DNA of 63,312 nt, the filler included, from Octopus bimaculoides (lineage: Eukaryota): the NCBI RefSeq assembly GCF_001194135.2. It is 6 parts of 6 records of this genome, joined end to end, with 100 filler letters (N's around TTAATTAATTAA, not from the genome) between each part and the next. Parts side by side here need not be neighbours in the genome. Positions count along the whole stretch, not along the records: positions 1 to 20,724 come from NC_068990.1; 5 more parts are not named here. One strand, given 5' to 3'. This document shows positions 1 to 13,088 of the stretch, piece by piece. The translations under genes and the position numbers were made by a program. Under the pieces are notes generated by a model. The model was not told the DNA's origin and searched no databases. It saw only the letters and a list, made by a program, of their open reading frames with translations. How positions within the stretch are numbered: position 1 is the stretch's first letter; each line of letters starts with the position of its first letter.

Positions 1-115
1 TTCTTCTCCTTCTTCTTCTTCTTCTCCTCCTCCTCCTTCTTCTTATTCTTCTTCTTCTTCTTGTTCTCCTCCTTCTTCTTTTCTTCTTCTTCTTCTTCTT
101 TTTCTTCTTCTCATT
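1..115. repeat. (TTC/CTT)n trinucleotide microsatellite
   Basis: Directly visible imperfect TTC array. Similar simple repeats (TA, CA, GA, TTA, TAG, GAT, GATA, TATG) occur throughout; only representative ones are listed. Confidence 0.95.
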
Positions 116-184
116 ATTATTATTGTTGTTTTTGTTGTCTGCGTCGTCGTCGTCGTTGTTGTTGCTGATTTTGTAATTATTATC

Positions 185-384
185 AAGGCGGCGAGCGTGC
201 GGAATTCTTAACACGCGAGCAAAATGCTTAGAGGCATTAAATCCGAGTTCAAAATTTCCCAGAGGCCGACTTTACTTTTCACACACTCGTAGTCGATAAA
301 AGAAGTACCAGTCGAGTAATGGTCTCGATGTAATCGACTTGCCACCTTACCCGAACTTGCTAACCCCTGTGCCAAAATTTGAAA
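185..384 (+). mobile_element. SINE family B copy, degenerate
   Basis: Aligns by eye to the better copy at 47204-47440 (AAGGCGGCGAG head, GAGTTCAAA B-box-like motif, GTCGATAAA..AAGTACCAG, GATGTAATCGACT) and ends CAAAATTTGAAA like copies at 47452 and 47652. Confidence 0.8.
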
Positions 385-432
385 TCGTCATCATAAGTCT
401 TGTTTTCGTGGTTTGTGTTTGTTGTTTCTCTT

Positions 433-464
<32 letters not shown>

Positions 465-465
<1 letters not shown>

Positions 466-1007
466 GAGTGAGAGAGAGAAGTGCATGTCAACGTGACACT
501 CGGTTAAAATATACGAAGTCCAGTATACCCATCATGACTACCCGTTTCATAAGGGTACACCAGGCACATGCATTTCAGCCATACGTGCCCGACGTCCAGA
601 TAAACAGCGCATGACTTGCCATGGGAGTCAAGTTAGAATTTTCTTCTGGTGGAGTAGCCCATCCCGCTCAAAATGTCTCTGAATAAGGTTTGTTTAAGTA
701 TATTGAATAAAGACACCCATGTTTCCAAAGAGGGATTAATCAAACTCCAAAGAATTCCTCTCAACACATACCTATGATGTCCTCCTACTACTTCTGCTCG
801 TGATCAGAGATGCACATATCGTCATCCACTAGGGGCCATGCTCAACTTTGCAAGGTCAAGCAAATGACAAGCAAATCTGTGGTATTGAGCAGAATATTTG
901 CTGTAGCCCATCTTTTACACCAAGATAAAAAACATGTACATGATAACACCTCCAATCAATTAAGATCAGAAACGACGAGAGTCACTGCCTGCTACTGCAT
1001 CCGGGCA
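465..1007 (-). mobile_element. Retroposon family C, ~545 bp copy (SINE or LINE-UTR derived; class unresolved)
   Basis: Collinear with 55968-56390 and 8158-8241. Orientation inferred from the (TAA)n tail that follows the 8158-8241 copy. Confidence 0.8.
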
Positions 1008-1008
1008 A

Positions 1009-1010
1009 TT

Positions 1011-1076
<66 letters not shown>

Positions 1077-1077
1077 G
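1009..1077. repeat. (ATT)n microsatellite
   Basis: Direct; explains the poly-Ile and poly-Asn ORFs at 810-1142 and 966-1169. Confidence 0.95.
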
Positions 1078-1115
1078 GTCTTCTTTTTATAGTTGTTGCC
1101 GTTATAATTAGTGTT

Positions 1116-1237
1116 AAGGCGACGAATGTCGGTAGTCCTTAGTATCCTGATCAAAATCTTTAGCGGCATTTAGTTCGTCTTTACATTCAGGGTTCAAATC
1201 CCGCCGAAGTCTACTTTGCATTTCATCTTTCCGGGGA
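1116..1237 (+). mobile_element. SINE family B 5' fragment
   Basis: AAGGCGACG head, GGGTTCAAATCCCGCCGAAGTCTACTTTGCATTTCATC matches the other family B copies. Confidence 0.7.
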
Positions 1238-1340
1238 TGTCATTTTCTCCTAATACGTGCTTCATCACCAGTTAACTTCCCTTAGTAATTTTTTTCTGAG
1301 CTGTTGTGCAAATGCTCTACTAGACATTTTCTTGCCATCT

Positions 1341-1748
1341 CTTTACTCTTTTTTACTCTTTTACTCTTTTACTTGTTTCAGTCATTTGACTGCGGCCATG
1401 CTGGAGAACCGCCTTTAGTCGAGCAAATCGACCCCAGGACTTATTCTGTGTAAGCCTAGTACTTATTCTATCTGTCACTTTTGCCGAACCGCTAGGTTAC
1501 GGGGACGTAAACATACCAGCATCGATTGTCAAGCGACGTTGAGGGGACAAACACAGACACACAAACACACATATACATATACATATACATATATACGACG
1601 GACTTCTTTCAGTTTCCGTCTACCAAATCCACTCACAAGGCTTTGGTCGGCCCGAGGCTATAGTAGAAAACACTTGCCCAAGGTGCCGCGCAGTGGGATT
1701 GAACCCGGAACCATGTAGTTGGTAAGCAAGCTACTTACCACACAGCCA
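1341..1748 (-). mobile_element. SINE family A, full length (tRNA-derived head, CORE-like ACCTTGGGCAAGTG segment, (GAGTAAAA)n tail)
   Basis: Minus strand reads TGGCTGTGTGGTAAG (A box) ... GGTTCAATCCC (B box) ... CACCTTGGGCAAGTGTTTTCTACTATAGCC. Collinear with 42586-42997 and 48268-48653. Resembles described octopus CORE-type SINEs; family name not verified. Confidence 0.9.
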
Positions 1749-3245
1749 TCTCGTCTTTCTTCAAGTACAGCCTGTTGATAATCAGCCTTCGGATGATGGG
1801 CTCTACACATCGTCAATAACTTCCCAGTATTTCTGTCAAGTTTCTTTATATCATTTCTCGTCTAATCTATAATACCAATTCGATATCTAATTAAGGCTAC
1901 TACTCTCGATTTCTGGAATTCCGTTTTGACTGCAATAATTTCCTTACTCTCTCTGTGTACTCCATACTCGTAAATTGTTTCAGTTCTTCCTTTTTTATCT
2001 AATCTGCTCCCAGTATACTCAAGTACTTATGCCACTGTCCTTTATCAACTGCTCTCATTGTTCGCTCATTTGGCATTTCAGCATGAACTAGCATAATTAT
2101 ATAAATGATTACAGTAATAGTAGTTATAATTAGTAATAGTAATAGGAGTACAGAGTTACTGTTACTAACAATAAAATTGATAAGTAGTATTAGTAGTTGT
2201 ATTTTTAAGTTAGTGATAAAGGAGAACTTTCATGGTAACTGCATACGGAATATATGTGTGTGGAGGTGGGTGGGTGTGTGTTTATGTGTATATGTAATAT
2301 TGAATGTACGTACTTATGAAACATATATATATATGTATATATCTGTGTGTATATATATATGTGTATATATATATGTGTATATACTTACATATATTTACAC
2401 ATACATACATACATATATACATACATACATACATATATATNNNNNNNNNNNNNNNNNNNNNNNNNNNNNNNNNNNNNNNNNNNNNNNNNNNNNNNNNNNN
2501 NNNNNNNNNNNNNNNNNNNNNNNNNNNNNNNNNNNNNNNNNNNNNNNNNNNNNNNNNNNNNNNNNNNNNNNNNNNNNNNNNNNNNNNNNNNNNNNNNNNN
2601 NNNNNNNNNNNNNNNNNNNNNNNNNNNNNNNNNNNNNNNNNNNNNNNNNNNNNNNNNNNNNNNNNNNNNNNNNNNNNNNNNNNNNNNNNNNNNNNNNNNN
2701 NNNNNNNNNNNNNNNNNNNNNNNNNNNNNNNNNNNNNNNNNNNNNNNNNNNNNNNNNNNNNNNNNNNNNNNNNNNNNNNNNNNNNNNNNNNNNNNNNNNN
2801 NNNNNNNNNNNNNNNNNNNNNNNNNNNNNNNNNNNNNNNNNNNNNNNNNNNNNNNNNNNNNNNNNNNNNNNNNNNNNNNNNNNNNNNNNNNNNNNNNNNN
2901 NNNNNNNNNNNNNNNNNNNNNNNNNNNNNNNNNNNNNNNNNNNNNNNNNNNNNNNNNNNNNNNNNNNNNNNNNNNNNNNNNNNNNNNNTATATATAAAGC
3001 TCATTTCTTCAGTTTTTGCAGACAGATTTTGTTGTTGTTGTGGTTGATTTAATCTACATATGATTAGCATTCCATTTATGTTAGATATACATACTAACCA
3101 GATTTTCAATAAACCCAGATTAAAAATACAGGACTCCAGTCGAAGGAAATATTTCTCATTTCTGTAATGCAGAATACTGTGATATTTCACATAAAACTAT
3201 TAGACATTGAATACCACAAAACATTAAAAATATTAACATAAGCGC

Positions 3246-3328
3246 AGGAGTGGCTGTGTGGTAAGAAGCTTGCATCCCAACCACATGGTTCCGGGTTCAG
3301 TCGCACTGTGTAGCACCTTGAGCCCGTG
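3246..3328 (+). mobile_element. SINE family A head only
   Basis: GGAGTGGCTGTGTGGTAAG...GGTTCAGTC...CACCTTGAGC matches the family A 5' end. Confidence 0.8.
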
Positions 3329-4089
3329 TTGTTCTTTTTTTCTCCTCATTCTTCTTCCCTTTCTTCTTCTGCTGCTGAAACTACTTCTACTGCTACTGCT
3401 GCTACCACTACTAATACTACTACTACTGCTACTACTACTAAAGCGTTCTACACAAATTAATTCGAGTGATTTTTAACTGGGGATTTAGTACCAGGTCTCC
3501 TCACTTTTCAATCACATTCAAACTGATCTTAGCAGACTAGAAACTGACACCGTTCTACTACTCTGCTCTCAGTTACTCACTCGATTATCTCCCTTGGTGT
3601 TATTGTCAAAGTCTCTGTCTGAATGGGAACCATTTTCGATAGTTAATCCAAAATACTTCACTGAACAAATATAGACACTTCTCAATTAGCCATGATAAAT
3701 ACTAACTCTCTGTCTTTCTTGATCAGGAAATATGAATATTGCTCTCCCCACTCTTTCTCTCACTCTCTCTCTTTCTCTCTGTCTCTCTCTCTCACTCTCT
3801 GTGCGCGCGCATTTGTTTTTGGGTTGAGTTGTTGCAGTAATATAATATAATATTGATATTTTCCGGTCAATTTCTCCTGAACAACCTGCACTATATTCGA
3901 CATTGCTTAGAGAGGATAGACTATAAGTCAGGGGTGCAGTTAGGGTTTGAATAACATAGCGTATTGTAGTGATGTCGACCAGCACTATATTGCAGTTGTT
4001 CTCAATCTGATCAGTTTCTGACCATTCTCAAGCAATGTATCTCTGTTATTTAAAACGTTTTTACTTTGTGATTAGACTCACTAGGTCTC

Positions 4090-4800
4090 TATCACAAGCG
4101 ATTCATTTTCCCAATAATTTGTCCCCACCCTTCGAAAACTTCCAGATTTGCTGTGTAGCACTAATTTTCTAATTTCAGTTTGCTTCACCCGCGTCACCAA
4201 ATAATTGTCCTGGATCACTGTCCGTCATTGGACAAAACAAGTGGAAGTCAGATGTCGCCAGATTCGTAGTGCATGTTTGAGGCGCCAATTGTGACCAGCC
4301 ACATTTTCAAATTGTCTGATTTGTGTTGGAAGATGAATGCGGTCAGGCATTATGCGTAGATCCATTTCATATTCTTGATCGGATTCTTATTCTAAATGAT
4401 TTCTTCAAGCGTTATGAGTCGCGATGTACCACACCATCGAAGAAAATGAAAGCATTGAACTTACAATAAGCATTCACCATGATATTCTGCTCTAAATGCT
4501 GGCTCTCGGAAAGAGATGTGGCGTCACACCATAGAGCGAAACTTCTTCTGCTTACAAGGATACACTCCAGTTTTAAGCTCTGCCATGAAATCGGAAAAAT
4601 AATCGTCTCTAAATTGGCTTCCCTCCGGCAAATCGGGTGTCAACTCACGGAGCACCCACTTCCGCTCACTTTCCGATAATCGCGCAATTCCACTATCTGC
4701 TGTGATTCATAGCGATCACAGTCCAAATGTTCCAAAGTCAACAGAAAGATCACAGATTATCTGGGCGAAAGAGTTCGATACGCGCTGGGGATTCACATCA
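4090..4800 (-). mobile_element. Fossil mariner (DD34D-type) transposase fragment, frameshifted and with stops
   Basis: Minus-strand translation gives YRKVS / KWVLRELTPD (WVPHEL motif, 4641-4658), MVNAYC, HNA*PH (HDNARPH) and NLATSDFHLF (PDLAPSDFHLF, 4235-4252) in the correct order. Confidence 0.8.
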
Positions 4801-7039
4801 GTGGGCGCAATTGATAGTTCCCCGATGCGAAAAGTTTCTTCTATTTAGGTATTTCCTTATTTATTCATCTGTGCATACTGTTGTGAATAGCGTTATCTCT
4901 ATAAAAATGCTTTCAACTTTCTATGGATGCTGGATAGCTTCTCTCCACTTTCGTCAAGTACTCTATATTGGCACGTTGCTTCAACATGGAACCCATTATT
5001 TGCCTGCAAATGAAGTACTACTTAAAATCTGCTGAGAAATAAGATTTAAACGATTTAATGTTAGTTAATGAAAAACGCTATTCCCAATATTCCTTTCGTT
5101 TCTCTACACCACACCTAGGTTTGGCGCAGGTTCAAGACAGATTTTAAAAATTATGGTCATTGATTCACATATTCCAAAATAGGTTTTTCTTCATTAGTGC
5201 CTTTGAAACTATTTCCTCTTTTGTTGTACGGCTTGTTCTTGACATTTGTGCTCCTCCTTTAATCTCAATGTTCTCGGTTTTCTCAATAGTAAAAGGAAAA
5301 TCTTACATATTTACTACATTTGCTATATTTAAATATATATTTCACTTAACAGCTTTCGCCAATTTAATACGGTAACTGCAGGAGTATATTTCTATCACCT
5401 TCTTCTAGATTTATTCTTAGTAATACTACTTTCATTTTCTTTATCTCTCTACAGTCCAGCTCAAGAAGTATTATAGAATTTAGTTACCTTCTACATAATG
5501 TTAAGTAAAAGCATATCAAATACTCCTGCTGTATTTTCAGCTTTGCGTGCAAAGATTTTAATATATGGTCTATTGTCACCAAAACCTTTTTTTATTTCTT
5601 TTTTTATCATTCCTCCATATTCCTCTAGAATAGTTATTTTCAATGCATCTCCCACGTGAATGAGATACTGTTTAGAATGCTTTCTCTCTTCGATTTCATT
5701 TTATGTCATGTAGTATTCTATTCTTTAGATATCTTATTTCTCAAGTCAACGTTATTCTCGCTTTCAGCAATGAAGGCACCATTGATCTGCCCAATCTTAT
5801 TTAAAATTAACAATGAATCTTTCAATTCCTTTTTATCCAGCTTTCTTGATATCTTATTCTCTATTTCAAAGTTATCCAGACTGCCACAACACGCAAATAA
5901 TGAACAATTTCTATACTTGCGCGCGTGAGACGGTCGTTGGGTGAAATCTCTGAGAGTTCTTATAAAACACCTTGTGGTATTTAGCTTCGGCCTTTTACAT
6001 TCCGGTTTCAAATCTCGATGATTCAGCAATGACTTACACCACTCCAATTAAATAAAAAGAAATGACGGCAGAAGGTAGATATTGATTTTTTGATTGTCTG
6101 ATTGTAAGATATTGATTTTGTGATTGTCTATAAAATGCAACAACTTGTATTAATTTTAGATTTCTGTAGCAGTGTATCGGTATAATTTGAGAGGTATAGT
6201 CTTAAACTTTTGTTGAAATAATTCGAGATTTGGACATGTTATATTTGAAGCAAGTCGAACTCTGGATAGTTATGTGTAAAAAGACATAACTGTACATTAA
6301 CCTTTAAGTAACGGCTAGAATTCTTTCTCTAATTCTACCTACGCAAATTCTTTAATGACTCGTTGATACGAAAAAGACATTTCTAAATGCATCTCGCAGC
6401 TGTAATTTTATACGCTGAGATTTTAGAATCGTGGAATCACAACTAGTGAGGCTTGCTGAGGCCAATGGTTACAAAAACTCTAAATATATTGTTGTTACAA
6501 AAGCTCTTAATTTTTTTTATTTTCAAGGTACATAGAATATTTGATTTGAGCTGAAAATGGATCCAATTTCTTCTGCTGTCACATTAATGTCGACTGATCA
6601 TTCAAAAATATTTTGATTATTCATAAGTAAATATTATATGCGGGATCGATAAATTTAACGAACTGTCATCAATCCAATACAATTCAGAAAATGAGATAAG
6701 CTTTTTTGAAGGAAGGTGTGACAATGTAACTGGATTATGTAGTTTATATAATTTATGTTATTTTCTTGTGAATGGAAGAAGCGTAGGGTGAAGTAACAAA
6801 ATATTTAATAAACAGAGCACTTTGCTTATTTTTGCTTTGTACGTGTGTTTCGCGCACCGCCAACTCGCCAAATGTGGATTCCGACCAAATGATAAGCAAA
6901 CTGTAATACTAGCACTCCCTCTCCTGGTTAGTTTCCCTCAGATGTATAGGAATACATATGACTTTCTAAACACTGTGATTAAATATGTGTATTTGCGTAT
7001 TTGTGTACACACACACACACACACATATATATACATACG

Positions 7040-7089
<50 letters not shown>

Positions 7090-7316
7090 NNNNNNNNNNN
7101 NNNNNNNNNNNNNNNNNNNNNNNNNNNNNNNNNNNNNNNNNNNNNNNNNNNNNNNNNNNNNNNNNNNNNNNNNNNNNNNNNNNNNNNNNNNNNNNNNNNN
7201 NNNNNNNNNNNNNNNNNNNNNNNNNNNNNNNNNNNNNNNNNNNNNNNNNNNNNNNNNNNNNNNNNNNNNNNNNNNNNNNNNNNNNNNNNNNNNNNNNNNN
7301 NNNNNNNNNNNNNNNN

Positions 7317-7377
<61 letters not shown>

Positions 7378-7734
7378 TTATACGTGCGTACTTGTGTTTG
7401 CATATGTATGTATGCATGTTTATCTTCAAATATATTTGTATCTTTGATTCAGCTACGCCTCCCTCTTACGCTGCCATTAATGCAATATAATGACTACGAA
7501 AAGCAGTTGTTTATTTTAAATGTCTTTCTTGTTGTTTTTTTCTTTTGTTCTTGTAAATGAAATTTTGCCATTTCCCCTCTAGAATTACTGCAGACATTTA
7601 AAGCAATTTTAAATGTTTTAATTCTTGGTACGAATTACTAAACTACTAACAGAAACAAAAAAATAGTAATATCAGAAGCAGCAAAAATATTAAAATAATA
7701 TTTCCAATTCACAGTAGCAGAGAGTGGTACCAGG

Positions 7735-7788
7735 ACTACTACTACTTCTACTACTACTACCACCACCACCACCACCACCACTACTACA

Positions 7789-7884
<96 letters not shown>

Positions 7885-7992
7885 AATGGTGGTGGTGATG
7901 AATGCAATAATAATAATAATTATTATTATTATTATTATAACAACAACAACAACAATAATAATAATAATAATAATGATAATAATAATAATAAT
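7735..7992. repeat. Compound trinucleotide array (ACT/ACC/GAT/AAT/CAA)
   Basis: Direct; source of the homopolymeric ORFs at 7638-8155. Confidence 0.95.
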
Positions 7993-8157
7993 GCTGAATC
8001 ATAGATATAGCATGCGCAGCTGAAAACAAGGTATACGATAAGGAAGAAAGAGAAGTCGATAGAAATGATACGTTAGCATGAGAGGTTAAGCAGTTGTGGT
8101 CGATGAAAAAGGTGGTATTAGTACCAATAATTGTCGGAGCCCTGCGCAAAGACACTC

Positions 8158-8240
8158 AGACGGGTAGTCATGATGGGTATACTGGGCTTCGTGTATTTTA
8201 CCCCAGTGTCACTTTGATGGCATGCACTGCACTCTCAGTC

Positions 8241-8335
<95 letters not shown>
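8158..8335 (+). mobile_element. Family C 3'-terminal fragment with (AAT)n tail
   Basis: 8158-8241 is the reverse complement of 465-545 and 55968-56050; followed by an (AAT)n array. 5'-truncated retroposon architecture. Confidence 0.8.
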
Positions 8336-8337
8336 TT

Positions 8338-8697
8338 GTGGCACTACGTCGATTACGACGACGAGAGTTCCAGTTGATCCGATCAACGGAACAGCCTCCT
8401 CGTGAAATTATCGTGTAAGTGACTGAGTACTCCACAGTCACGTGTACCCTTAATGTAGTTCTCGGAGACATTCAGCGTGACACAGTGTGTAACAAGGCTG
8501 GGCCTTTGAAATACAGGTACAACAGAAACAGGAAGTAAGAGCGAGAGGAAGTTGTGGTGAAAGAGTACAGCAGGGATCCGTACCAGCCCCTGCCGGAGCC
8601 TTGTGGAGCTTTAGGTGTTTTCGCTCAATAAACGCTCAAAACCGCGATCCTACGACCGCATGACCGCTGCCCTACCCACTGGGCCATTGCACCTCCA
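8338..8697 (-). mobile_element. SINE family D (tRNA-like head, conserved central body)
   Basis: Minus strand starts GGAGGTGCAATGGCCCAGTGGGTAGGGCAGCGG (A-box-like). Body collinear with 49441-49713 (GTGTCACGCTGAAT..GAGAACTAC.TTAAGGGTACACGTG..CTGTTCCGTTGATCGGATCAACTGGAAC). Confidence 0.8.
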
Positions 8698-8912
8698 CAA
8701 TAATAATAATAATAATAATAAAAGTTAGATAGTACACTGTCCACTTTTAGTAATAAAAATGTTAATATTACTAGTATTGCTCTTATTATTTGAAAAAGTA
8801 AGATGAATATAAGCAGTTCTTCACACAGTTGTTGATGCTGTTTGTGTTGCTTCGAATATTATATGATGATGATGATGATGATGATGATGATCGTTGTTGT
8901 TGTTGTTGCTGC

Positions 8913-8973
<61 letters not shown>

Positions 8974-9989
8974 TTGCGATGGACGATCGTTGAAACTGTT
9001 GAGCTTCGCAAAAAAAACAGAAGTATTAAATATGATGTATTGAAAATATCATTTTTCCTGCAAGCTTAAAAAGACTATGATAAATTTTGTTATAAGATTT
9101 CTCTGTCTGTCTCTCAGACTATCATACTCCATTTCTGTCTGTCTGTATGTCTGTCTCTGTCTATGTCTGTCTCTGTCTATGTCTGTCTGTCTGACTGTCT
9201 GTCTCTCTCTGTCTGTCTCTCTCTGTCTGTCTCTCTCTGTCTCTCTCTCTCTGTCTGTCTGTCTCTCTCTTGCTAACACACACACACACATACATTCTTT
9301 ATTATTGTGCGTGGGTATGCGTGTGTGCATACATATGTAGACAGACAAACCAATACATAGATGTTCTATGCTCATAGACACGCATGTCTGTGTGTGTGTG
9401 TGTGTGCGTGTGTGAGTGTGTGTATGTGTGTGCGTGTGTATGTGTGTGTAAGTATGTATATATAATTAATACTATTAATTCAAACCATGCAATTCCGCGT
9501 TTTAGGTTTCTGATCTTCGAGCAAATTTCTGCAATTAAAGAGACATTCACTAATAACCATTTTCAGATAAGGAAAGCGAAGCGAAGCATTTATATTGGAT
9601 ATACAAATTTACGTCCAAAATAAAATCAAAGACAAAACGTAAACGAATATATAGAAATAATACTGCAATAAATAGACAATGAATTATTTTAGAGAATCTC
9701 TACTTTATATATGTGTACTTAAAATATCATTCATACTCTATTAGTTTTATGAAACAGCGTCATGTATTTGAAAGGAAAAGACCCCGAGGAAGTATGAATA
9801 TGAATTATGTATATTCTTTCATAAGTTCATTATTTTATTCTTTTAGTGCTCTTAGTCGATGATATACGATGGTGTGACAAGCTTTTGAAGGAGTTAGTCG
9901 AAGTAATTCATTCCAGTGTGTATTTTAACTATAATAATAGACAAACAGGTATGAGTCCTTGTGAATGTGTGGGTGTGAATGCTTGTGTA

Positions 9990-10148
9990 CGTATTCAACA
10001 AATCCTTCTCGCTTTCCGTCCATCAATTTTAATGAAATGCATTGGCTGTCCAGGGTCTGCAGTAGAAAATGCTTCTTAAAGGTGCCGCGTGTGAATGAAC
10101 ACAAATCCATGCGGCTGCGCAGTGAACTATACCACCACAAAACCATGC
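9990..10148 (-). mobile_element. Highly degenerate family A-related SINE 5' half
   Basis: AAGGTGCCGCG, CCATGCGGCTGCG and CCAC..CCATGCC remnants in family A order. Confidence 0.5.
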
Positions 10149-11730
10149 CTATGACTGCTAACATTCGGGAAGTTACTACAACTCTCATCCCTTTATAAGG
10201 GCCGATGCCCCTGAATTTTCTGTAAGACTCTTTCCTTTTTTTGAATGGTGAATGGAAAATTAAAACGAAATTAGGCTAGCAGAAATTAAGGTGAACATAG
10301 AAACAGCAAACTATAGGATATACGGGTCTGTTTCAGAAAGTTTCTGAGAAATCCTGCGGCAGGTCATCCATTTTCCCATCTTCTCCGAACAATATTCCTT
10401 GGATGGTCGTGAAGAGAGAGCGTCACTAACTCCCCCACAAGGGCTCAATCAGAACCAATCAAAATTACACTTTCCTACTGAATTGTCAAGCGTGACCAAC
10501 TGTGACTATAGATATCGTGCAGCTATATCATTCTTTATCTACCCTTAGATCTACTGTCTACGGTTGATTACGGCTTGAAGAATCTGTCATGCGATTGTTA
10601 CCTGAAATATCCTCACTCCATTTCCGTACTACCAAGGTTTTGACCTCTCAGTGCGGAGAACTAGCAGCTCAAGCTGAAGAGACTCTCGAAATTTAAAGCT
10701 AAGCATTTTGTCGAGTAACTGTATTCCCGAAATCCCCCTTAAAACGCCTGTTTTGGCCGCTTGTATTCGTGATCCTACTTTTTCGGTAATTTCATGACAT
10801 AAGTAACGATATAGATGAAAGCCGAAATGAAGATATGAAATTTGGTATTTTAAGAACCTCTCCGCTCTTAAAGACTGAATGCTGGAGTTAGTTAATTACA
10901 GTGTTAATGCCAGCAATTCTAGCATCCAGTTCGGCTTCATGTCTCCCATTAGTTGTATTCCCGAAAACTACGTGGGAAGCATGTTAGTTTATTTAATCAG
11001 TTGTAAATATTATAACTGGTTGAATTAATGATGGACTAAAAAAAGTTGTAGTTAGCTTTGCAACTAATTTTATTTTTGTTTTACGCTGCTTGTAAGCCTG
11101 CGCGGAAGCAAGGGAAGTTTCAGTAATATTAAAACTGTCGACAAGGGTGACATTTTAATATTGATCACATTTGTGCTTGCTTTAAATGATAAAATTACAA
11201 ATACAATTACAATAGTTATTTGTTAATATTTAGGATGGTCTGTACAAATATCATCATTCTGAGAATAGTCCTCACGGCCTAAAGCTCTCGTAACACTGTA
11301 GTACGCATTTAATAACTTGAATTAATGCAGGCTGTAATTCTAAGAGATTATAAAGTCGCTTTCAGTATATTAATATATTATCAAGGGAGAAGAAGACATA
11401 GAAAACGCATTTTCATAAATAACTAAAAACCAATAAACGTGTTGAATGAATAAATAACAATATAATTAGATAAACGTAGAGTGTGTTGGGTGTGCGCGCG
11501 TGCGTGCATATTTGATTGTATACATATTAACAAATACACAGAAATACACACACACGTATATATATACATACATANNNNNNNNNNNNNNNNNNNNNNNNNN
11601 NNNNNNNNNNNNNNNNNNNNNNNNNNNNNNNNNNNNNNNNNNNNNNNNNNNNNNNNNNNNNNNNNNNNNNNNNNNNNNNNNNNNNNNNNNNNNNNNNNNN
11701 NNNNNNNNNNNNNNNNNNNNNNNNNNNNNN

Positions 11731-11775
<45 letters not shown>

Positions 11776-12561
11776 CACACAAACATACATGGTGTTGGTT
11801 CTATTTTTGTATTTATGAGATGTGATGATATTAATATCATTATTACTACCGTTCTGTGACTATGAACGAAAGCTAATTTATTGTAAGTGTTATTGTTATT
11901 ATTAATATTGTTGTTGCTGTTGTTCTTGATGTTGCCATTGTTAATTGTCGAGATAAAACTGTCCCAAAACAGCAATGTTTATTGAGCAAGTTCTGTCTGT
12001 ATTCTTGACAAAAATATAACAAAAAACAATAATTGTAATAAATTTATGTTAGGGCTAATCTTGGTAATGTATTAAATATATTATTTCTCTAAATGTTTAA
12101 ATATATTCTATAGTGATTTATTTATTTTACGAGATTTGCGATGTTTCCAAAGACTCTTAAACTGTTTATGGCTACCATTACGTCGAAAAATACGAAAAAG
12201 TATACCAATGTAATTGGTAATGCTATATGTACAAAAAATCTTAGTATGCATTATTTATGCCACAGATATTGCAATAATAGAATAGTTATCTACGTTAAAT
12301 AGTCAGTGCTATGAATTATATTATCCAGTATATTATATATGCACGGATGGTAGAGTGCCATAAGTAAGCTCATGGTGTGCAAAGTCTTAGGCAAAAGTTC
12401 CATTCGCTGTTAGATCATTTTGATACTTTTACTTATTGTAGCCAAGATTTATTATCATATATAAGCATTGTACCATTGTGACAATATTCATGAAATTTCT
12501 GTCTCAATTTAGTATAAACTGTCATATATTTGAGTGGAAGTGTAGTGTCGTTTAGATAGAT

Positions 12562-12729
12562 CTGTGCTCCGCAACATTTTTTTCACTTGTGGTACACTGG
12601 TATTCTTTACAAAATTCAGCGGCACTCCTGGAGGTATAGGGAAAAAATATATCGAGGTTAAACTGCGGCACACTTAGAACCGTCTCGTGAAACACCAGTG
12701 GGCCGCAGCATACCGGTTGCGGGGAACTG
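12562..12729. mobile_element. hAT (Charlie-like) MITE
   Basis: Imperfect 14-bp TIRs CTGTGCTCCGCAAC / GTTGCGGGGAACTG. Flanks GTTTAGAT(agat) and GTTTAGAC resemble an 8-bp NTCTAGAN-type hAT target duplication. Confidence 0.65.
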
Positions 12730-12741
12730 GTTTAGACGAAA

Positions 12742-13088
12742 CTTTGACTGGGAGAAATCTTATAATTTTACAGTTGAGATAGTCATAAAGACGCAAATAT
12801 ATTTACTAAAATATGAGTCGACTTAGAAGAAACAAACTTCGATAAAATAGACTTAAGTTATGTATTTTTTATCGTTATTATGATATTTATATATATTTTA
12901 CTGTTAGTATGATATACTTCATATTTGTCTTTCGAATATTTTTACTCTTAAAAATCTTTTTATCATTCCTTTTAATATCACTGAAGATATTATTTTCCAA
13001 AGATCTTTTGTGGCACTATTGAGTTTTCTATTAGGAACTAGAAATGTATCTGCCACTGCATTCACGGTATGCGGCGTCCAATTTTCGT
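12742..13088 (+). repeat. 347-bp direct repeat, copy 1
   Basis: Appears identical by eye to 15274-15620. Confidence 0.9.

Noticed and set aside
4200-4800. Apparent promoter plus first exon (ETS/CRE-like motifs; ATG GTG AAT GCT TAT T|GTAAGT)
   Set aside because: Fully explained by a fossil mariner transposase on the minus strand.
6640-6790. EGF-like GRCDNVTGLCS peptide
   Set aside because: Only part of the Cys pattern is present and there are no flanking splice sites in frame.
10321-10500. Mariner-like TIR start TACGGGTCTGTTTCAGAAAGTT
   Set aside because: No matching opposite TIR or transposase remnant was found.
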